Part shown: positions 37,275 to 47,655 of the stretch, piece by piece
Numbering within the stretch: position 1 is the stretch's first letter
Layout of the letters: the number at the start of each line of letters is the position of its first letter
Origin: Candidatus Fimenecus sp.
GTDB lineage: Bacteria > Bacillota > Clostridia > Oscillospirales > Acutalibacteraceae
Reading direction: 5' to 3'
DNA: 64,000 nt
Assembly (NCBI GenBank): GCA_045613065.1
Contig: JAZLAH010000044.1
Span: 55 to 64,054, forward strand
Translations under genes and position numbers: made by a program
Notes under the pieces: generated by a model
Database searches by the model: none
Told to the model about the DNA's origin: nothing
The model's input: the letters and a program-made list of their open reading frames with translations, nothing else

Positions 37275-38162
37275 CTATTTTACACCTGTCATATCAAAAT
37301 CAGGAATAAAATCTGTCTTTGCAGAAGACTTTTCCTGCATAAAGCCGTTTTGGAGTCCTAAATCAAGGAAAAAGTCAACAACCTTGTTGTATTCAGCAGT
37401 TGTAAGTCGTCTGTTAAGTTCTTTAAATTCAGAAACTTTTCCGTATGGTGTGTACTGACTCATAATACTTATAAAAGTGTCTTGTGGCAAATTATTTTTT
37501 ATCCATAAAAGAATGTTTTTGCTTTCGTCAACATTACCAGGAAGCACAAGATGGCGAATAATAAGTCCCTTTTGAACAATCCCCTCCATAAATTCATTTT
37601 TCGGTTGTTGACGATACATTTCGAGAATCGCTTCACTTGCTTTTTCAAAATAATCAGGACATTTTGCATATTTTAATGCTTTTTCGTTGCTGAAATATTT
37701 AAGGTCAGGGAGATAAACATCAACAAGTCCCTCCATCTGTTTAAGCGTTTCAACGCTATCATAGCCCGAACTGTTATATACAACGGGAACTGATGGTTTA
37801 TACTTTGCAAGTGCATCAATCAAAACATGAGAAAAATGTGTAGGGTTCACAAAGTCAATTGTGTGAACTCCTTTTGCCTCAAGTTCTTTCATTATTTCAA
37901 TAAGTCGGTCGTTGGTTATCTCTTCACCATTGTTTTCGTGACTTATTGGAAAATTCTGACAAAAGCAACATTTAAGACTGCATCCTGAAAAGAAAATTGC
38001 ACCTGTACCCTTTTCACCACTTATACAAGGTTCTTCCCAATTGTGAATATCAGCACGTGCTAGCACAGGATTCAATGGCATTTTACAAAATCCGTTACCT
38101 GTATTTTCAATTCTTTCTGCATTACAATTTCTCGGACAAAGATTACAGAGCATATTTTTCAC
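37275..38162 (-). CDS. Radical SAM protein, PflX-like (putative activase)
   Basis: CSLKCCFCQN (CX3CX2C) and the N-terminal Cys cluster CNLCPRNCN. Confidence 0.8.
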   Translation of the reverse strand: MKNMLCNLCPRNCNAERIENTGNGFCKMPLNPVLARADIHNWEEPCISGEKGTGAIFFSGCSLKCCFCQNFPISHENNGEEITNDRLIEIMKELEAKGVHTIDFVNPTHFSHVLIDALAKYKPSVPVVYNSSGYDSVETLKQMEGLVDVYLPDLKYFSNEKALKYAKCPDYFEKASEAILEMYRQQPKNEFMEGIVQKGLIIRHLVLPGNVDESKNILLWIKNNLPQDTFISIMSQYTPYGKVSEFKELNRRLTTAEYNKVVDFFLDLGLQNGFMQEKSSAKTDFIPDFDMTGVK

Positions 38163-38253
38163 CAGCTTTCATTGTTTAATTGTACCACATACCTACTTGA
38201 TAATCAAACTGTTTTGGAGTATAATGTTTTCATTGATTTTGTGAGGTGATAAT

Positions 38254-39018
38254 ATGCTTCTTACAATGGATATAGGAAATACCAATATTAATATCGGTCT
38301 TTTTCAGGGTGATGAGCTTACTTTAAGTTTAAGACTTGCAACAGAAAGACAGAAAACTGACGACCAATATGCTATGGATTTCACTAATATTTTTGTAATG
38401 CATAAAATTCAGTTTAATGGCATTTCAGGTGTTGTGATTTCTTCTGTTGTTCCTGAAATTACAGAATCCGTTACAAGTGCCATTAAAAAACTTACGGGAA
38501 AAGACGCTCTTATTTTATCTCCAGGAGTGAAAACAGGTCTTAATATCCTTATCGACAATCCTGCACAATTAGGTGCTGACCTTGCAGCAGGTGCTGTTGG
38601 TGCTGTGGCACAATATCCGTTACCTGCATTTATTATCGACCTTGGTACTGCAACAAAAATTTGCGCAGTTGATAAAAACAAAGGTTTCAGAGGTTGTATG
38701 ATTGCTCCAGGAGTGCAGATTTCTCTTAAAGCACTTACTGACACAAGCTCACTTCTTCCTACAATCAGCCTTGAGCCACCTAAAAAGGCTTGTGGAACAA
38801 ATACTGTTGAAAGTATGCAGAGTGGTGTTGTACTCGGTACAGCTGCTATGATTGACGGTATTCTTGACAGATTTTGTGAAGAGCTTGGTGAACCTGCAAC
38901 AATCGTTGCAACAGGAGGTCTTTCATATTTCATATCTCCCGTATGCAAACGTGAAATCATATATGACCGTCACCTTATTTTGAAGGGTCTTAAAGCAATT
39001 TACGAAAAAAACAAATAA
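38254..39018 (+). CDS. coaX: Type III pantothenate kinase
   Basis: MDIGNTNINIGLF and GTATK motifs. Confidence 0.9.
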   Translation: MLLTMDIGNTNINIGLFQGDELTLSLRLATERQKTDDQYAMDFTNIFVMHKIQFNGISGVVISSVVPEITESVTSAIKKLTGKDALILSPGVKTGLNILIDNPAQLGADLAAGAVGAVAQYPLPAFIIDLGTATKICAVDKNKGFRGCMIAPGVQISLKALTDTSSLLPTISLEPPKKACGTNTVESMQSGVVLGTAAMIDGILDRFCEELGEPATIVATGGLSYFISPVCKREIIYDRHLILKGLKAIYEKNK

Positions 39019-39086
39019 CTTATTATATTATTTTCATCATTATTTTGCGTTGCATCCATAGTGAGCAACAGCAAGGAGGAATATAA

Positions 39087-39680
39087 ATGAAAAACAAAAA
39101 GATTGACCGCAACAAAACGGTCAAACTCACAACTGCTGGTATTCTAACTGCTATTGTTATCGTTTTTCAATTCATCGGTGCATCAATTAAATTCGGCACA
39201 TTTTCAGTTTCACTTGTGCTAATTCCTATTGTAATTGGTGCAGCTCTTGGTGGAAAAGGTGTCAGCACATGGTTAGGCTTTGTATTCAGCGTCGTAGTTC
39301 TTCTTTCGGGAGATGCAGCCGCTTTTCTTACAATTAGTCCCATAGGAACTGTGATAACGGTAATCACAAAAGGTACACTTGCCGGTTTTGTAGGTGGATT
39401 CGCTTTTGAATTACTGAAAAAAATAAACACATATTTTGCAGTTATCATTTCAGCGATTCTTGTGCCGCTGACAAACACAGGAGTTTTCCTTATCGGATGC
39501 AGAGTTTTCTTCTTTGATACAATCAAGGAATGGGGTATCGGCTTAGGATTTGAAAACACTTTCGCTTATATGATTGTTGGTCTTGTTGGTATGAATTTCA
39601 TATTTGAACTTGTAATCAACATTGTACTCTCACCATCAGTTGTAGGTGCAGTAAAAACGCTAAGTAAAAAAAGAAAATAA
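39087..39680 (+). CDS. ECF transporter S component (possibly pantothenate-specific, given coaX linkage)
   Basis: 197 aa, about 6 TM, small hydrophobic protein. The substrate is inferred only from the neighbouring gene. Confidence 0.6.
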   Translation: MKNKKIDRNKTVKLTTAGILTAIVIVFQFIGASIKFGTFSVSLVLIPIVIGAALGGKGVSTWLGFVFSVVVLLSGDAAAFLTISPIGTVITVITKGTLAGFVGGFAFELLKKINTYFAVIISAILVPLTNTGVFLIGCRVFFFDTIKEWGIGLGFENTFAYMIVGLVGMNFIFELVINIVLSPSVVGAVKTLSKKRK

Positions 39681-39686
39681 ATAATC

Positions 39687-39717
39687 AGACCACTTGATTT
39701 CGTCAAGTGGTCTTTTC
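39687..39717 (+). terminator. Rho-independent terminator
   Basis: AGACCACTTGA-TTTCG-TCAAGTGGTCT followed by TTTC. Confidence 0.75.
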
Positions 39718-40722
39718 TTATAATATGTTATTCTTTTTGAAAAACTCAATGGACTGATTCACCCATTGTCCTGCTTCAAGTCTCTCGGCAAGTCCAAATC
39801 CGTGAACATTTCCACGATAGATATGTAGCTCGTTTGGCACACCTTTTTCATTCAGCACTTTTTCAGCCACAAGGCAATTTGATTCAGGTATCACAAGCGG
39901 ATCATATTTCATTGAGAAAAGAAATGTTGGTGGATATTTTTCATGTATAAGATTCTGTACACACAATTCGTTTGACAAATCTTTATTATAATTCTTACCA
40001 AGAAATATTTTATCACAAGTGATACCAAATGATTTACACTTCAAATCAATTAAAGGATATCCGCCAATAATCCCATCAGGCTTTCCATTTATATGACTTA
40101 AATCACCTGTCATTTCTCTTAATTCATCATAAACACCATTAATACTTGTCACAAGATGACCACCTGCTGAAAAGCCCAACGCAATAACCTGATTTTCAAT
40201 TATATTCCACTTTTCAGCATTGTTCCTTACAGTCTGAATTGCACGGATCAAATCAAGTTGAGGACAAGGGTAACGACAAGGAGATGTACGATAACAGACG
40301 ATAATAGCATGGAAGCCAAGCTCATTAAATCTCTTTGCAATATCCACACCCTCATGACCCATACAAACATGAAGATACGCTCCGCCCGGTGCAATTACCA
40401 CAGCAGGAGCTTTTTTGTTTTCAAGAAGAAAAGGCACTATATAAGGTTTTCTTTCACCATCATAAAGTGGGATTTTTTCTTCATCCCAAAGGAGAATGCT
40501 TCGGGAATCCGTTACAGGCACAACATCATCTTCACCATTAAAGAATCCTATTAAATCCTTAATAAATCCTTTTGGCAACAGTTTTTCAAGTGTTCCGAAT
40601 TTAAACGGCGCCATCAATCGAAGAAGCCTGTTAATCTCAGGCACCGAGGAATAACACTCAAGCCAATAATTAGCCTGTATATCTGCACGAACATCACGAA
40701 GTCTATGATTCATTGTAATCAT
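39718..40722 (-). CDS. Alpha/beta hydrolase (esterase/lipase, Aes-like)
   Basis: VVIAPGGAY oxyanion region and the GFSAGGH nucleophile elbow. Confidence 0.8.
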   Translation of the reverse strand: MITMNHRLRDVRADIQANYWLECYSSVPEINRLLRLMAPFKFGTLEKLLPKGFIKDLIGFFNGEDDVVPVTDSRSILLWDEEKIPLYDGERKPYIVPFLLENKKAPAVVIAPGGAYLHVCMGHEGVDIAKRFNELGFHAIIVCYRTSPCRYPCPQLDLIRAIQTVRNNAEKWNIIENQVIALGFSAGGHLVTSINGVYDELREMTGDLSHINGKPDGIIGGYPLIDLKCKSFGITCDKIFLGKNYNKDLSNELCVQNLIHEKYPPTFLFSMKYDPLVIPESNCLVAEKVLNEKGVPNELHIYRGNVHGFGLAERLEAGQWVNQSIEFFKKNNIL

Positions 40723-41457
40723 TTAAAACACCTCCACACCTATTACTAATCTATCCTTTTTTGTAGTACGAAGTACTCCTTTATAAATAAATCTGCCAAA
40801 GCCACGGACAGAAATTTTATCATTTACATTAACGGTTACTGACGGACTTGTTTTAACTGCACCATTTACAAAAACCTTTTCCGTATGAAAAAGTGGCAAA
40901 ACTTGACTTCGCGACATTTTGTAAATTGCAGAAACAATTACATCAAGTCTTTCGGATGATACAATTATCTCTCTGTTTTCAGGTTGTGGCAATACATCAG
41001 TAGGAATTTTTTCTGTCAGTTCACATTTTACTGTTGTGTGTCGCACTTGTGTAAGATTATCAATGATATATTCCGAAATTGTATCAAGGCAGAAAAGATA
41101 ACCACAATTCTCGCTAATAATTATGTCACCCAGCACCTCACGACGGATTCCAAGTCCCATAAGTGAACCTAAAAAATCACGATGAGTAAGATTATCTGCA
41201 AATTTCTGATTAACAGGTTTTATGAGAATGCATTTTATAGGGTAATCGGTATTATCTTTAAAATATTCCCTATCACCAAAACAGGCAACACATCTTTCAG
41301 CGTTTTCATATCCACCCCAAAGTGTTGCAGGTACAGGAAAACGAACAGCACAAAGTTCCGATATTTCGGACAATCCTAAAAAATCGGTATAAACTGCATA
41401 TCCTCGTTCATTTGAACGAGTTGCCAATTCTTCAAATCGTTTTTGTTTTTCTGTCAT
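40723..41457 (-). CDS. ylmH: YlmH family S4-domain RNA-binding protein
   Basis: TDFLGLSE N-terminal motif and a C-terminal S4-like RLDVIVSAIYKMSRSQ. Confidence 0.75.
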   Translation of the reverse strand: MTEKQKRFEELATRSNERGYAVYTDFLGLSEISELCAVRFPVPATLWGGYENAERCVACFGDREYFKDNTDYPIKCILIKPVNQKFADNLTHRDFLGSLMGLGIRREVLGDIIISENCGYLFCLDTISEYIIDNLTQVRHTTVKCELTEKIPTDVLPQPENREIIVSSERLDVIVSAIYKMSRSQVLPLFHTEKVFVNGAVKTSPSVTVNVNDKISVRGFGRFIYKGVLRTTKKDRLVIGVEVF

Positions 41458-41497
41458 TTCTCACCTATAATTAAGGCAGGGTTATCCCCTGCCTATT

Positions 41498-42715
41498 TTA
41501 TACATCATAAAATTTTGCCATACGCTTTTTCTCTAAAATATTTGCGATTATAATTACCACGACGACTGCAATTACAGAGAAAAAGCCTATATAAAGTCCT
41601 TGGGCATCATTTTCACCCTTGACTTTCATCCACAAGGAATTCATATACTGCAACGTATCTGTTGGAAGATTATGAAATTCCTGTGTATTTTTTAAGTGTT
41701 TAGGATAAACAGCTTCACTGTCAGCAAGGAAATATTCCTCATTCTGCAAAACAGCTTTATTTGGTGTTGCATAATAAATATACTCTGCATTTGCAAGTGC
41801 AACCTCAGGTTCCATCATAAAGTTGATAAAAGCCTCTGCACCTTTTTTATTCTGTGATGCAGTCGGAATACACATTGCATCATAGAATGTGTTTACGCCT
41901 TCTTTAGGAAATGCAAATCCCAAATCAGGATTATTCTCAACCATCAGCTCATAGTCACCTGCATAATATGTTGCAAAAGCATATTCGCCACTTTCCATTT
42001 TAATGAAAACTTCATCCATTACATATTCAGGCTTAACTCTTTTACGCTGTTCCATAAGTAATTCGGCAGCAACGTCCCACTCAACCTTTTCAGTTGTGTT
42101 AATGCTTTGTCCCAACACAAACTGTGCAATAGCAAAAGAGTCACGAGGGTTATTGAACATAAGGATTTTTCCTTTATACTGTTCGTCCCACAGCACTTTC
42201 CAGCTATCAGGCTTTTCCTTTACCATATTCTTATTATAAATAAGAATTGTTGTACCGATATTGTAAATTACTGCATAATCACTTATACCGTTTTCCACAA
42301 GATGACCGTATTTCATACTATCAAAATACTTGTCATAATTTGGAATATTATTGTAATCAAGAGGCAAGAGCATTTCTTCAGAAATAAGACGCTCAACCAT
42401 ATAATCAGATGGGATTATAATGTCATAGCTGACACCACCACCTGAAAGCTTTGAATACATATTTTCGTTTGACTCAAATGTTGTATAGTTCACGTCACAA
42501 CCTGTAAGTCGTTCAAATGCACTTATAACATCAAGTTCTTCGTCGTCGATATACTCACCCCAGTTATACACATTAAGAATTGTACCTTGTAAACCGAGAT
42601 TTTTATAATACTCGATTGTTTCCTGTGAAAAGATTTCATCGTTTGCATTAACAGGAACTACGAAAACTGATAATACGATTATTACAGAAAACATAAGGGA
42701 GAAAAACTTTTTCAT
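41498..42715 (-). CDS. potD: Spermidine/putrescine ABC transporter substrate-binding protein
   Basis: Signal peptide followed by a PotD-like periplasmic binding fold. Last gene of the potABCD order. Confidence 0.85.
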   Translation of the reverse strand: MKKFFSLMFSVIIVLSVFVVPVNANDEIFSQETIEYYKNLGLQGTILNVYNWGEYIDDEELDVISAFERLTGCDVNYTTFESNENMYSKLSGGGVSYDIIIPSDYMVERLISEEMLLPLDYNNIPNYDKYFDSMKYGHLVENGISDYAVIYNIGTTILIYNKNMVKEKPDSWKVLWDEQYKGKILMFNNPRDSFAIAQFVLGQSINTTEKVEWDVAAELLMEQRKRVKPEYVMDEVFIKMESGEYAFATYYAGDYELMVENNPDLGFAFPKEGVNTFYDAMCIPTASQNKKGAEAFINFMMEPEVALANAEYIYYATPNKAVLQNEEYFLADSEAVYPKHLKNTQEFHNLPTDTLQYMNSLWMKVKGENDAQGLYIGFFSVIAVVVVIIIANILEKKRMAKFYDV

Positions 42716-43542
42716 TAAGATTCCTCCTTTTGCTTTCTTCTTTGTTTCTTATCAGAACGGGACTGTGCCACATTCATAAGAATAAGAAGTACCAACATTG
42801 CAACAAATATGAGAGTAGAAAGAGCATACATGTCTGGTTTTACTCTCTTTTTTGTCATTGAAAAAATATGAATAGGCAATGTCTGGAAATCAGGACCATT
42901 TGTAAAGTAACTGATTATGAAGTCGTCAAGTGACAAGGTAAATGCCATAATTGCACCTGAGATAATTCCTGGTAAAATCGCAGGAAAAACCACTTTGAAG
43001 AATGCTTGAACAGGTGGACATCCCAAATCCTGTGCTGCCTCATAAATTCTGTTATCTGCTTGTCGAAGTTTTGGTAATACAGAAAGAATAACATAAGGTA
43101 ACTGGAATGTGACATGGGCAATTAAAATTGTCCAAAATCCGAGAACATCACGCTTATTGAACATCACACCTGCAAATACGAACAAAAGCATCATTGAAAT
43201 ACCTGTAACGATTTCAGGATTCATCATAGGAATGTTTGTAACGGTCATTACAGATGACTTTATGTGCTTATTTCTCATTGAGTTGATACCAACTGCAGCA
43301 AGAGTACCAAGAACTGTTGCGATAGCAGCAGAAACAACGGCAAGAACAACTGTATTTTTAAGGGCATCCATAGTAACTTTATCATGGAAGAGTTTTTCGT
43401 ACCACTGAAGCGAAAATCCCTCGAAAATATATGTACTTTCTGTTCCGTTAAATGAGAACACCATCATAACAATCATCGGTGCATAAAGGAACATAAATAC
43501 GAGTGCTAAATAAAATTTAGATAATGGAGATGTTTTTGTCAT
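42715..43542 (-). CDS. potC: Spermidine/putrescine ABC transporter permease
   Basis: 6-TM permease with the EAA loop YEAAQDLG. Confidence 0.85.
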   Translation of the reverse strand: MTKTSPLSKFYLALVFMFLYAPMIVMMVFSFNGTESTYIFEGFSLQWYEKLFHDKVTMDALKNTVVLAVVSAAIATVLGTLAAVGINSMRNKHIKSSVMTVTNIPMMNPEIVTGISMMLLFVFAGVMFNKRDVLGFWTILIAHVTFQLPYVILSVLPKLRQADNRIYEAAQDLGCPPVQAFFKVVFPAILPGIISGAIMAFTLSLDDFIISYFTNGPDFQTLPIHIFSMTKKRVKPDMYALSTLIFVAMLVLLILMNVAQSRSDKKQRRKQKEES

Positions 43543-44366
43543 ATAAGCACACCTCCGTCGTCATCATTGTCTGTGAAATAATTAAGAACACCAAGACAGA
43601 TTAAAATCATTACCATAAGAACAAGTGAAAGCGCTGCACCAAGGTTATAGTTATATGCAGTCTGGAACTGACCTTCAATAACGTCACCGATAAGTGTAAT
43701 CTGACCTCCGCCCAATTTCTGTGTAATATAGAATGTACTTACACAAGGGACGAAAACCATAGTCACACCACTTGCAATTCCGGGAACTGAAAGTGGAAAA
43801 ATAACTTTTCTAAGACAATAGAACTTATTACACCCCAAATCCTGTGCAGCCTCAACAAGTGAATTATCCATTTTTGAAAGCGCTGTATATAACGGCAAAA
43901 TCATATATGGTAAGAAGTTGTAAACCATACCCAGGATAACTGCACCACCAGTATTGAGCATTCTAAGTGGCTCAACGCCAAAAATGCCTAAAAATCTGTT
44001 AATTACACCTGACTCACCTAAAATAGTAATCCAGGAATAGGTACGGATAAGGAAACTCATCCACATAGGAAGCATTACAAGCATTGTTGCAACACGCTGG
44101 AAAGAAGCCTTAGTCTGTGCTAATGCATAGGCAAAAGGATATGCGATAAGAAGGCAAATCACCGTAGCAACAGCACCATAACTGATTGAAAGAATAAATG
44201 TTGTTGTATAATCCCCAATCTGGTTAATGTTGTTCATTGTGAAATTACCGTCTGCATCTGTGAATGCATAATAAGCCACCATTATGAGCGGTGCTACTAT
44301 AAATAACACCGACCAGAGCATATACGGTGCATTAAGCACCTTATGAAGAAATGAGGATTTTTTCAT
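43539..44366 (-). CDS. potB: Spermidine/putrescine ABC transporter permease
   Basis: 6-TM permease with the EAA loop VEAAQDLG. Confidence 0.85.
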   Translation of the reverse strand: MKKSSFLHKVLNAPYMLWSVLFIVAPLIMVAYYAFTDADGNFTMNNINQIGDYTTTFILSISYGAVATVICLLIAYPFAYALAQTKASFQRVATMLVMLPMWMSFLIRTYSWITILGESGVINRFLGIFGVEPLRMLNTGGAVILGMVYNFLPYMILPLYTALSKMDNSLVEAAQDLGCNKFYCLRKVIFPLSVPGIASGVTMVFVPCVSTFYITQKLGGGQITLIGDVIEGQFQTAYNYNLGAALSLVLMVMILICLGVLNYFTDNDDDGGVLI

Positions 44367-45490
44367 TATTCCTCACCCACTTGCACTTGAGAAAGTTCGT
44401 CAAACTCGTCACTGAATGAACTGTAGTCACCGTAAAGACCTGAATACTGTGATTTTTTCATAATGTGCATTTCGTCAGGTTTAATGGAAATGCCGATAAC
44501 ATCGCCAACCTCACTCTTATCTGTTGTCTGAATCATCCATTTGTAGTTATCAATATCAACGATAATTTCATAATGAACACCTTTAAATGTAACTGAAGTA
44601 ACAGTACCCTGAAGCATACCTTTTTCCGGCTCAACAACGTCAATATCCTCAGGACGGATAACAACGTCAACAGGTTCATTATGCTTAAAACCTTTGTCAA
44701 CACACTGGAACTTAATTCCGTGGAATTCAACAGTAAAGTCTTCTTTCATAACACCATCAAGAATGTTACTTTCACCGATAAAATCAGCAACAAAAGCATT
44801 TTTAGGCTCATTATAAATATCAAGTGGAGTACCAATCTGCTGAATAACGCCACCATTCATAACAACAACAGTATCGGACATTGAAAGAGCTTCTTCCTGG
44901 TCATGAGTAACATAAATAAATGTGATACCCAATTTCTGCTGGATATTCTTAAGTTCAATCTGCATATCCTTACGAAGCTTAAGGTCAAGAGCACCCAAAG
45001 GCTCGTCAAGAAGCACAACTCGAGGATTCACCGCCAAAGCGCGAGCAATAGCAACACGCTGTTGCTGACCACCTGAAAGTGAATCGATGTTACGAGGGCC
45101 AAATCCTTTTAAATTTACAAGAGTAAGCATTTCACTTACCTTTTCTTTAATATCCTTTTCTTTCCACTTTTTAAGGCGAAGTCCGAATGCAATATTCTCA
45201 TAAACATTCAGATGTGGGAAAAGGGCATAACGCTGAAAAATGGTGTTCACCTGACGCTTATATGCAGGAACACCATTGATATTTTTTCCTTCGAAAATAA
45301 CATCACCTGAGTCCTGCTGTAAAAAACCCGCAATAATACGCAGGGTTGTTGTTTTACCACAGCCCGAAGGTCCGAGCAAAGTGATAAATTCACCGTCACG
45401 GATATAAAGGTTAATGTTATCAAGTATTTTATGGTCGCCATAGCTGACGCTTATGTTTTTGAGGTCGATAATAACTGGATTGTTTTTCAA
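44366..45490 (-). CDS. potA: Spermidine/putrescine ABC transporter ATPase
   Basis: Walker [28 protein letters not shown] and a C-terminal TOBE-like domain. TTG start. Confidence 0.9.
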   Translation of the reverse strand: MKNNPVIIDLKNISVSYGDHKILDNINLYIRDGEFITLLGPSGCGKTTTLRIIAGFLQQDSGDVIFEGKNINGVPAYKRQVNTIFQRYALFPHLNVYENIAFGLRLKKWKEKDIKEKVSEMLTLVNLKGFGPRNIDSLSGGQQQRVAIARALAVNPRVVLLDEPLGALDLKLRKDMQIELKNIQQKLGITFIYVTHDQEEALSMSDTVVVMNGGVIQQIGTPLDIYNEPKNAFVADFIGESNILDGVMKEDFTVEFHGIKFQCVDKGFKHNEPVDVVIRPEDIDVVEPEKGMLQGTVTSVTFKGVHYEIIVDIDNYKWMIQTTDKSEVGDVIGISIKPDEMHIMKKSQYSGLYGDYSSFSDEFDELSQVQVGEE

Positions 45491-45562
45491 TTATGCAGCC
45501 CCTTTCCAACCGATAGATATAGTTGGAACGGCTTAAAAGCCGCCCCTATTTGGTATGAATTA

Positions 45563-45591
45563 AATATAATCTTAAATCGACAAAAAGTCAA
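45563..45591 (-). promoter_or_regulatory. Sigma-70-type promoter of potABCD
   Basis: Minus strand: TTGACT, 17-nt spacer, TATATT. The ~66-nt leader contains hairpin TTCCAAC-11 nt-GTTGGAA just before the SD AGGGG. Confidence 0.55.
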
Positions 45592-45619
45592 TAATTTTTG
45601 CGAATTTCCATAAAAATTT

Positions 45620-46309
45620 TTACTTAATTTCGTTTACAATTCTGCTCAATTCATCAGGATGACGAGTTGTGATGTTATCAGGTGCGAACGAGAGGATTTT
45701 GTACATATTTTTTTTGTCATCAACAGTCCAGATTGACACTAAAAGACCTTTTTCGTGAAAAATCTTTACAAGCTTTTCTGATGCACCTGTGTACTTGAAG
45801 TTTATTCCCACAGCACCTGCCTGTTTCACCTTACCAACAACTGAAAGAATGTACTTTTCGTTGTTCTTTTTCCACCATTTCACCTTAAAATTAAGGTAGT
45901 ATGGGACCCTCGGACTATCTTTTTTCACTGATTCCACAAAGCCCTCATGAACGCCTGTATAGAAAATTCTTTTTTCGATACCGTATTTCTCAGCCAACGG
46001 ATAAACCTTCCCGAGAGCATCACAAGTTTTTATATCTACATTCACTTTGATATTGTCAAATTGTGAAACATATTCAAATGCTTTATCAAGAGTAACCTCT
46101 CCACCGACAGGTTTGTCGTGAGATAATACAGGCTCACCGTCATCTGCAAATCGCAAATCAAATTCCACAACAGGTGCGCCCCTTTCTGCACCGGCTTTAA
46201 TTGACTCTAAACTGTTCTGTGCAGTTCCCATACAGCCTGTATGTGCTGTAAATGTGAAATCTTTTGGTAATTTTGTGCATTTATCTTTGTACTTATTCAT
46301 TTTCCTCAA
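45620..46309 (-). CDS. Glycerophosphodiester phosphodiesterase family protein (cytoplasmic)
   Basis: AHTG...NSLESI...VEFDLRFADDGEPVLSHD GDPD pattern. Confidence 0.75.
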   Translation of the reverse strand: MRKMNKYKDKCTKLPKDFTFTAHTGCMGTAQNSLESIKAGAERGAPVVEFDLRFADDGEPVLSHDKPVGGEVTLDKAFEYVSQFDNIKVNVDIKTCDALGKVYPLAEKYGIEKRIFYTGVHEGFVESVKKDSPRVPYYLNFKVKWWKKNNEKYILSVVGKVKQAGAVGINFKYTGASEKLVKIFHEKGLLVSIWTVDDKKNMYKILSFAPDNITTRHPDELSRIVNEIK

Positions 46310-46355
46310 CCAACTTTCTGATTATATTTTAATATTATTTATGTTATAAATCAAG

Positions 46356-46384
46356 TTGATTTTACATTTATTATATGATAAAAT
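46356..46384 (+). promoter_or_regulatory. Sigma-70-type promoter of the B12 riboswitch unit
   Basis: TTGATT, 17-nt spacer, TAAAAT. Confidence 0.55.
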
Positions 46385-46389
46385 TCCCT

Positions 46390-46560
46390 TGTAAAGGTTC
46401 GGTATGTCGGGGAATCAGGTGAAATTCCTGAACGAGTCCGTCGCCGTAAGCAGAAAAGATGTTTTCACTTGCTGCCGCAAAGTAAGGTAAGCCATTGAAT
46501 GTAAATTTGAGAAGGCGAAAACATCACAATTCTGCAAGTCGGAATACCCGGTATTGAAAT
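46390..46560 (+). promoter_or_regulatory. Cobalamin (B12) riboswitch
   Basis: GGGGAATCAGGTGAAATTCCTGAAC...GTCCGTCGCCGTAAGC core, B12 box AAGCCATTG, GAGAAGGCG, and AGTCGGAATACCCGG closing segment. Confidence 0.9.
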
Positions 46561-46634
46561 TTTCTTTGTCACGGTAACTGATATATGGAAAAGCCTTTAT
46601 GAAAAATAAAATACTCTATAAGGAGAGAAACAGT

Positions 46635-47069
46635 ATGAAAGAAATTATTAAAAATCGTTTCCGTTCTGTTCTTTCATTTGTACTTGTTGCGGCCATAGTA
46701 CTTATGTTTGCAGGTTGCGGACAAAAAGGAGTTCAGGGAAATCCTGAAACAACACAGAATCAACAGGAAAATGTGGAAAAGTCATTTGAGTTCCAAGTTG
46801 TTGACCTTGATGGCACAAAAAAAGAATTCAAAATCACGTACGACACAGAAACAACTGTTGGTGAAGCACTTATTAATGAAAAACTCATTTCAGGTGAAAA
46901 TGGTCAATACGGTCTTATGGTTGACACGGTCAATGGTCAGAAATATGACTATAACGAAGATGGTGCATATTGGGCTTTTTACATCAATGGTGAATACGCT
47001 ATGACAGGCGTTGATATGACACCAATTAAAGATGGTGAAGCGTATTCATTTGTGGCAACTAAAGCATAA
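46635..47069 (+). CDS. DUF4430 (transcobalamin-like) lipoprotein, putative surface B12-binding protein
   Basis: Start at ATG 46635, after AGGAGAG. Lipobox LMFAGCG. C-terminal YWAFYINGEYA motif, typical of DUF4430 as I recall it. Controlled by the B12 riboswitch. Confidence 0.7.
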   Translation: MKEIIKNRFRSVLSFVLVAAIVLMFAGCGQKGVQGNPETTQNQQENVEKSFEFQVVDLDGTKKEFKITYDTETTVGEALINEKLISGENGQYGLMVDTVNGQKYDYNEDGAYWAFYINGEYAMTGVDMTPIKDGEAYSFVATKA

Positions 47070-47596
47070 TGAAAAATCAAAAATATCAACAATTAGTTGA
47101 CCTGGTTGTTTTTGCCCTGTTGGGTGTCATAATGTTCATTTCAAAGTACATTACAGATGCGTTGCCTAACATTCACTTTATCGGAATGCTCACAATGACA
47201 TACACCATTACATATCGAAAAAAAGCACTTGTTCCAATTTATGTTTTTGTGCTTTTAATAGGACTTTTTAATGGCTTTGGATTATGGTGGATTCCGTATC
47301 TGTACATTTGGGCTATCCTTTGGGCTGTCACCATGCTTTTGCCAAAGAAAATGAACACAAAAATTGCAGTTCCTGTTTATGCAGTAGTCTGTGCACTTCA
47401 CGGACTTTGTTATGGCATACTTTATGCACCTGCACAAGCACTTATGTATGGACTTGATTTCAAAGGAATGTTAGCGTGGATTGGTGCAGGATTGTACTTT
47501 GACCTACTCCACGGAATCGGCAATTTCGCACTTGGATTTTTGATTATTCCACTATCAAACACCCTGAAAAAAGCCCACAAAACAGCCGAAAAATAA
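47069..47596 (+). CDS. Small polytopic membrane protein, ECF S-component-like putative cobalamin transporter (CbrT/BtuM-like)
   Basis: 175 aa, 5-6 TM. ATGA-type overlap with the upstream lipoprotein gene, in the same riboswitch unit. Confidence 0.55.
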   Translation: MKNQKYQQLVDLVVFALLGVIMFISKYITDALPNIHFIGMLTMTYTITYRKKALVPIYVFVLLIGLFNGFGLWWIPYLYIWAILWAVTMLLPKKMNTKIAVPVYAVVCALHGLCYGILYAPAQALMYGLDFKGMLAWIGAGLYFDLLHGIGNFALGFLIIPLSNTLKKAHKTAEK

Positions 47597-47616
47597 AATT
47601 AAATAACACATAAAAA

Positions 47617-47655
47617 AGCAGAGAAGATTTTTACACCTTCTCTGCTGATTTTATT
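47617..47655. terminator. Bidirectional terminator between the B12 unit and hydF
   Basis: AGCAGAGAAG-ATTTTTACAC-CTTCTCTGCT, flanked by an A run and a T run. Confidence 0.8.

Noticed and set aside
38409-38960. 183-aa minus ORF antisense to coaX. Similar long antisense ORFs: 35318-35722, 35728-36225, 36301-36789 and 49438-49977.
   Set aside because: All are embedded antisense in genes with strong family motifs (coaX, cysK, proC, hydG). Their compositions are typical of antisense frames.
45491-45562. Riboswitch in the potABCD leader
   Set aside because: The ~66-nt leader holds only small hairpins and no terminator or recognisable aptamer core. That is not enough to call a regulatory RNA.
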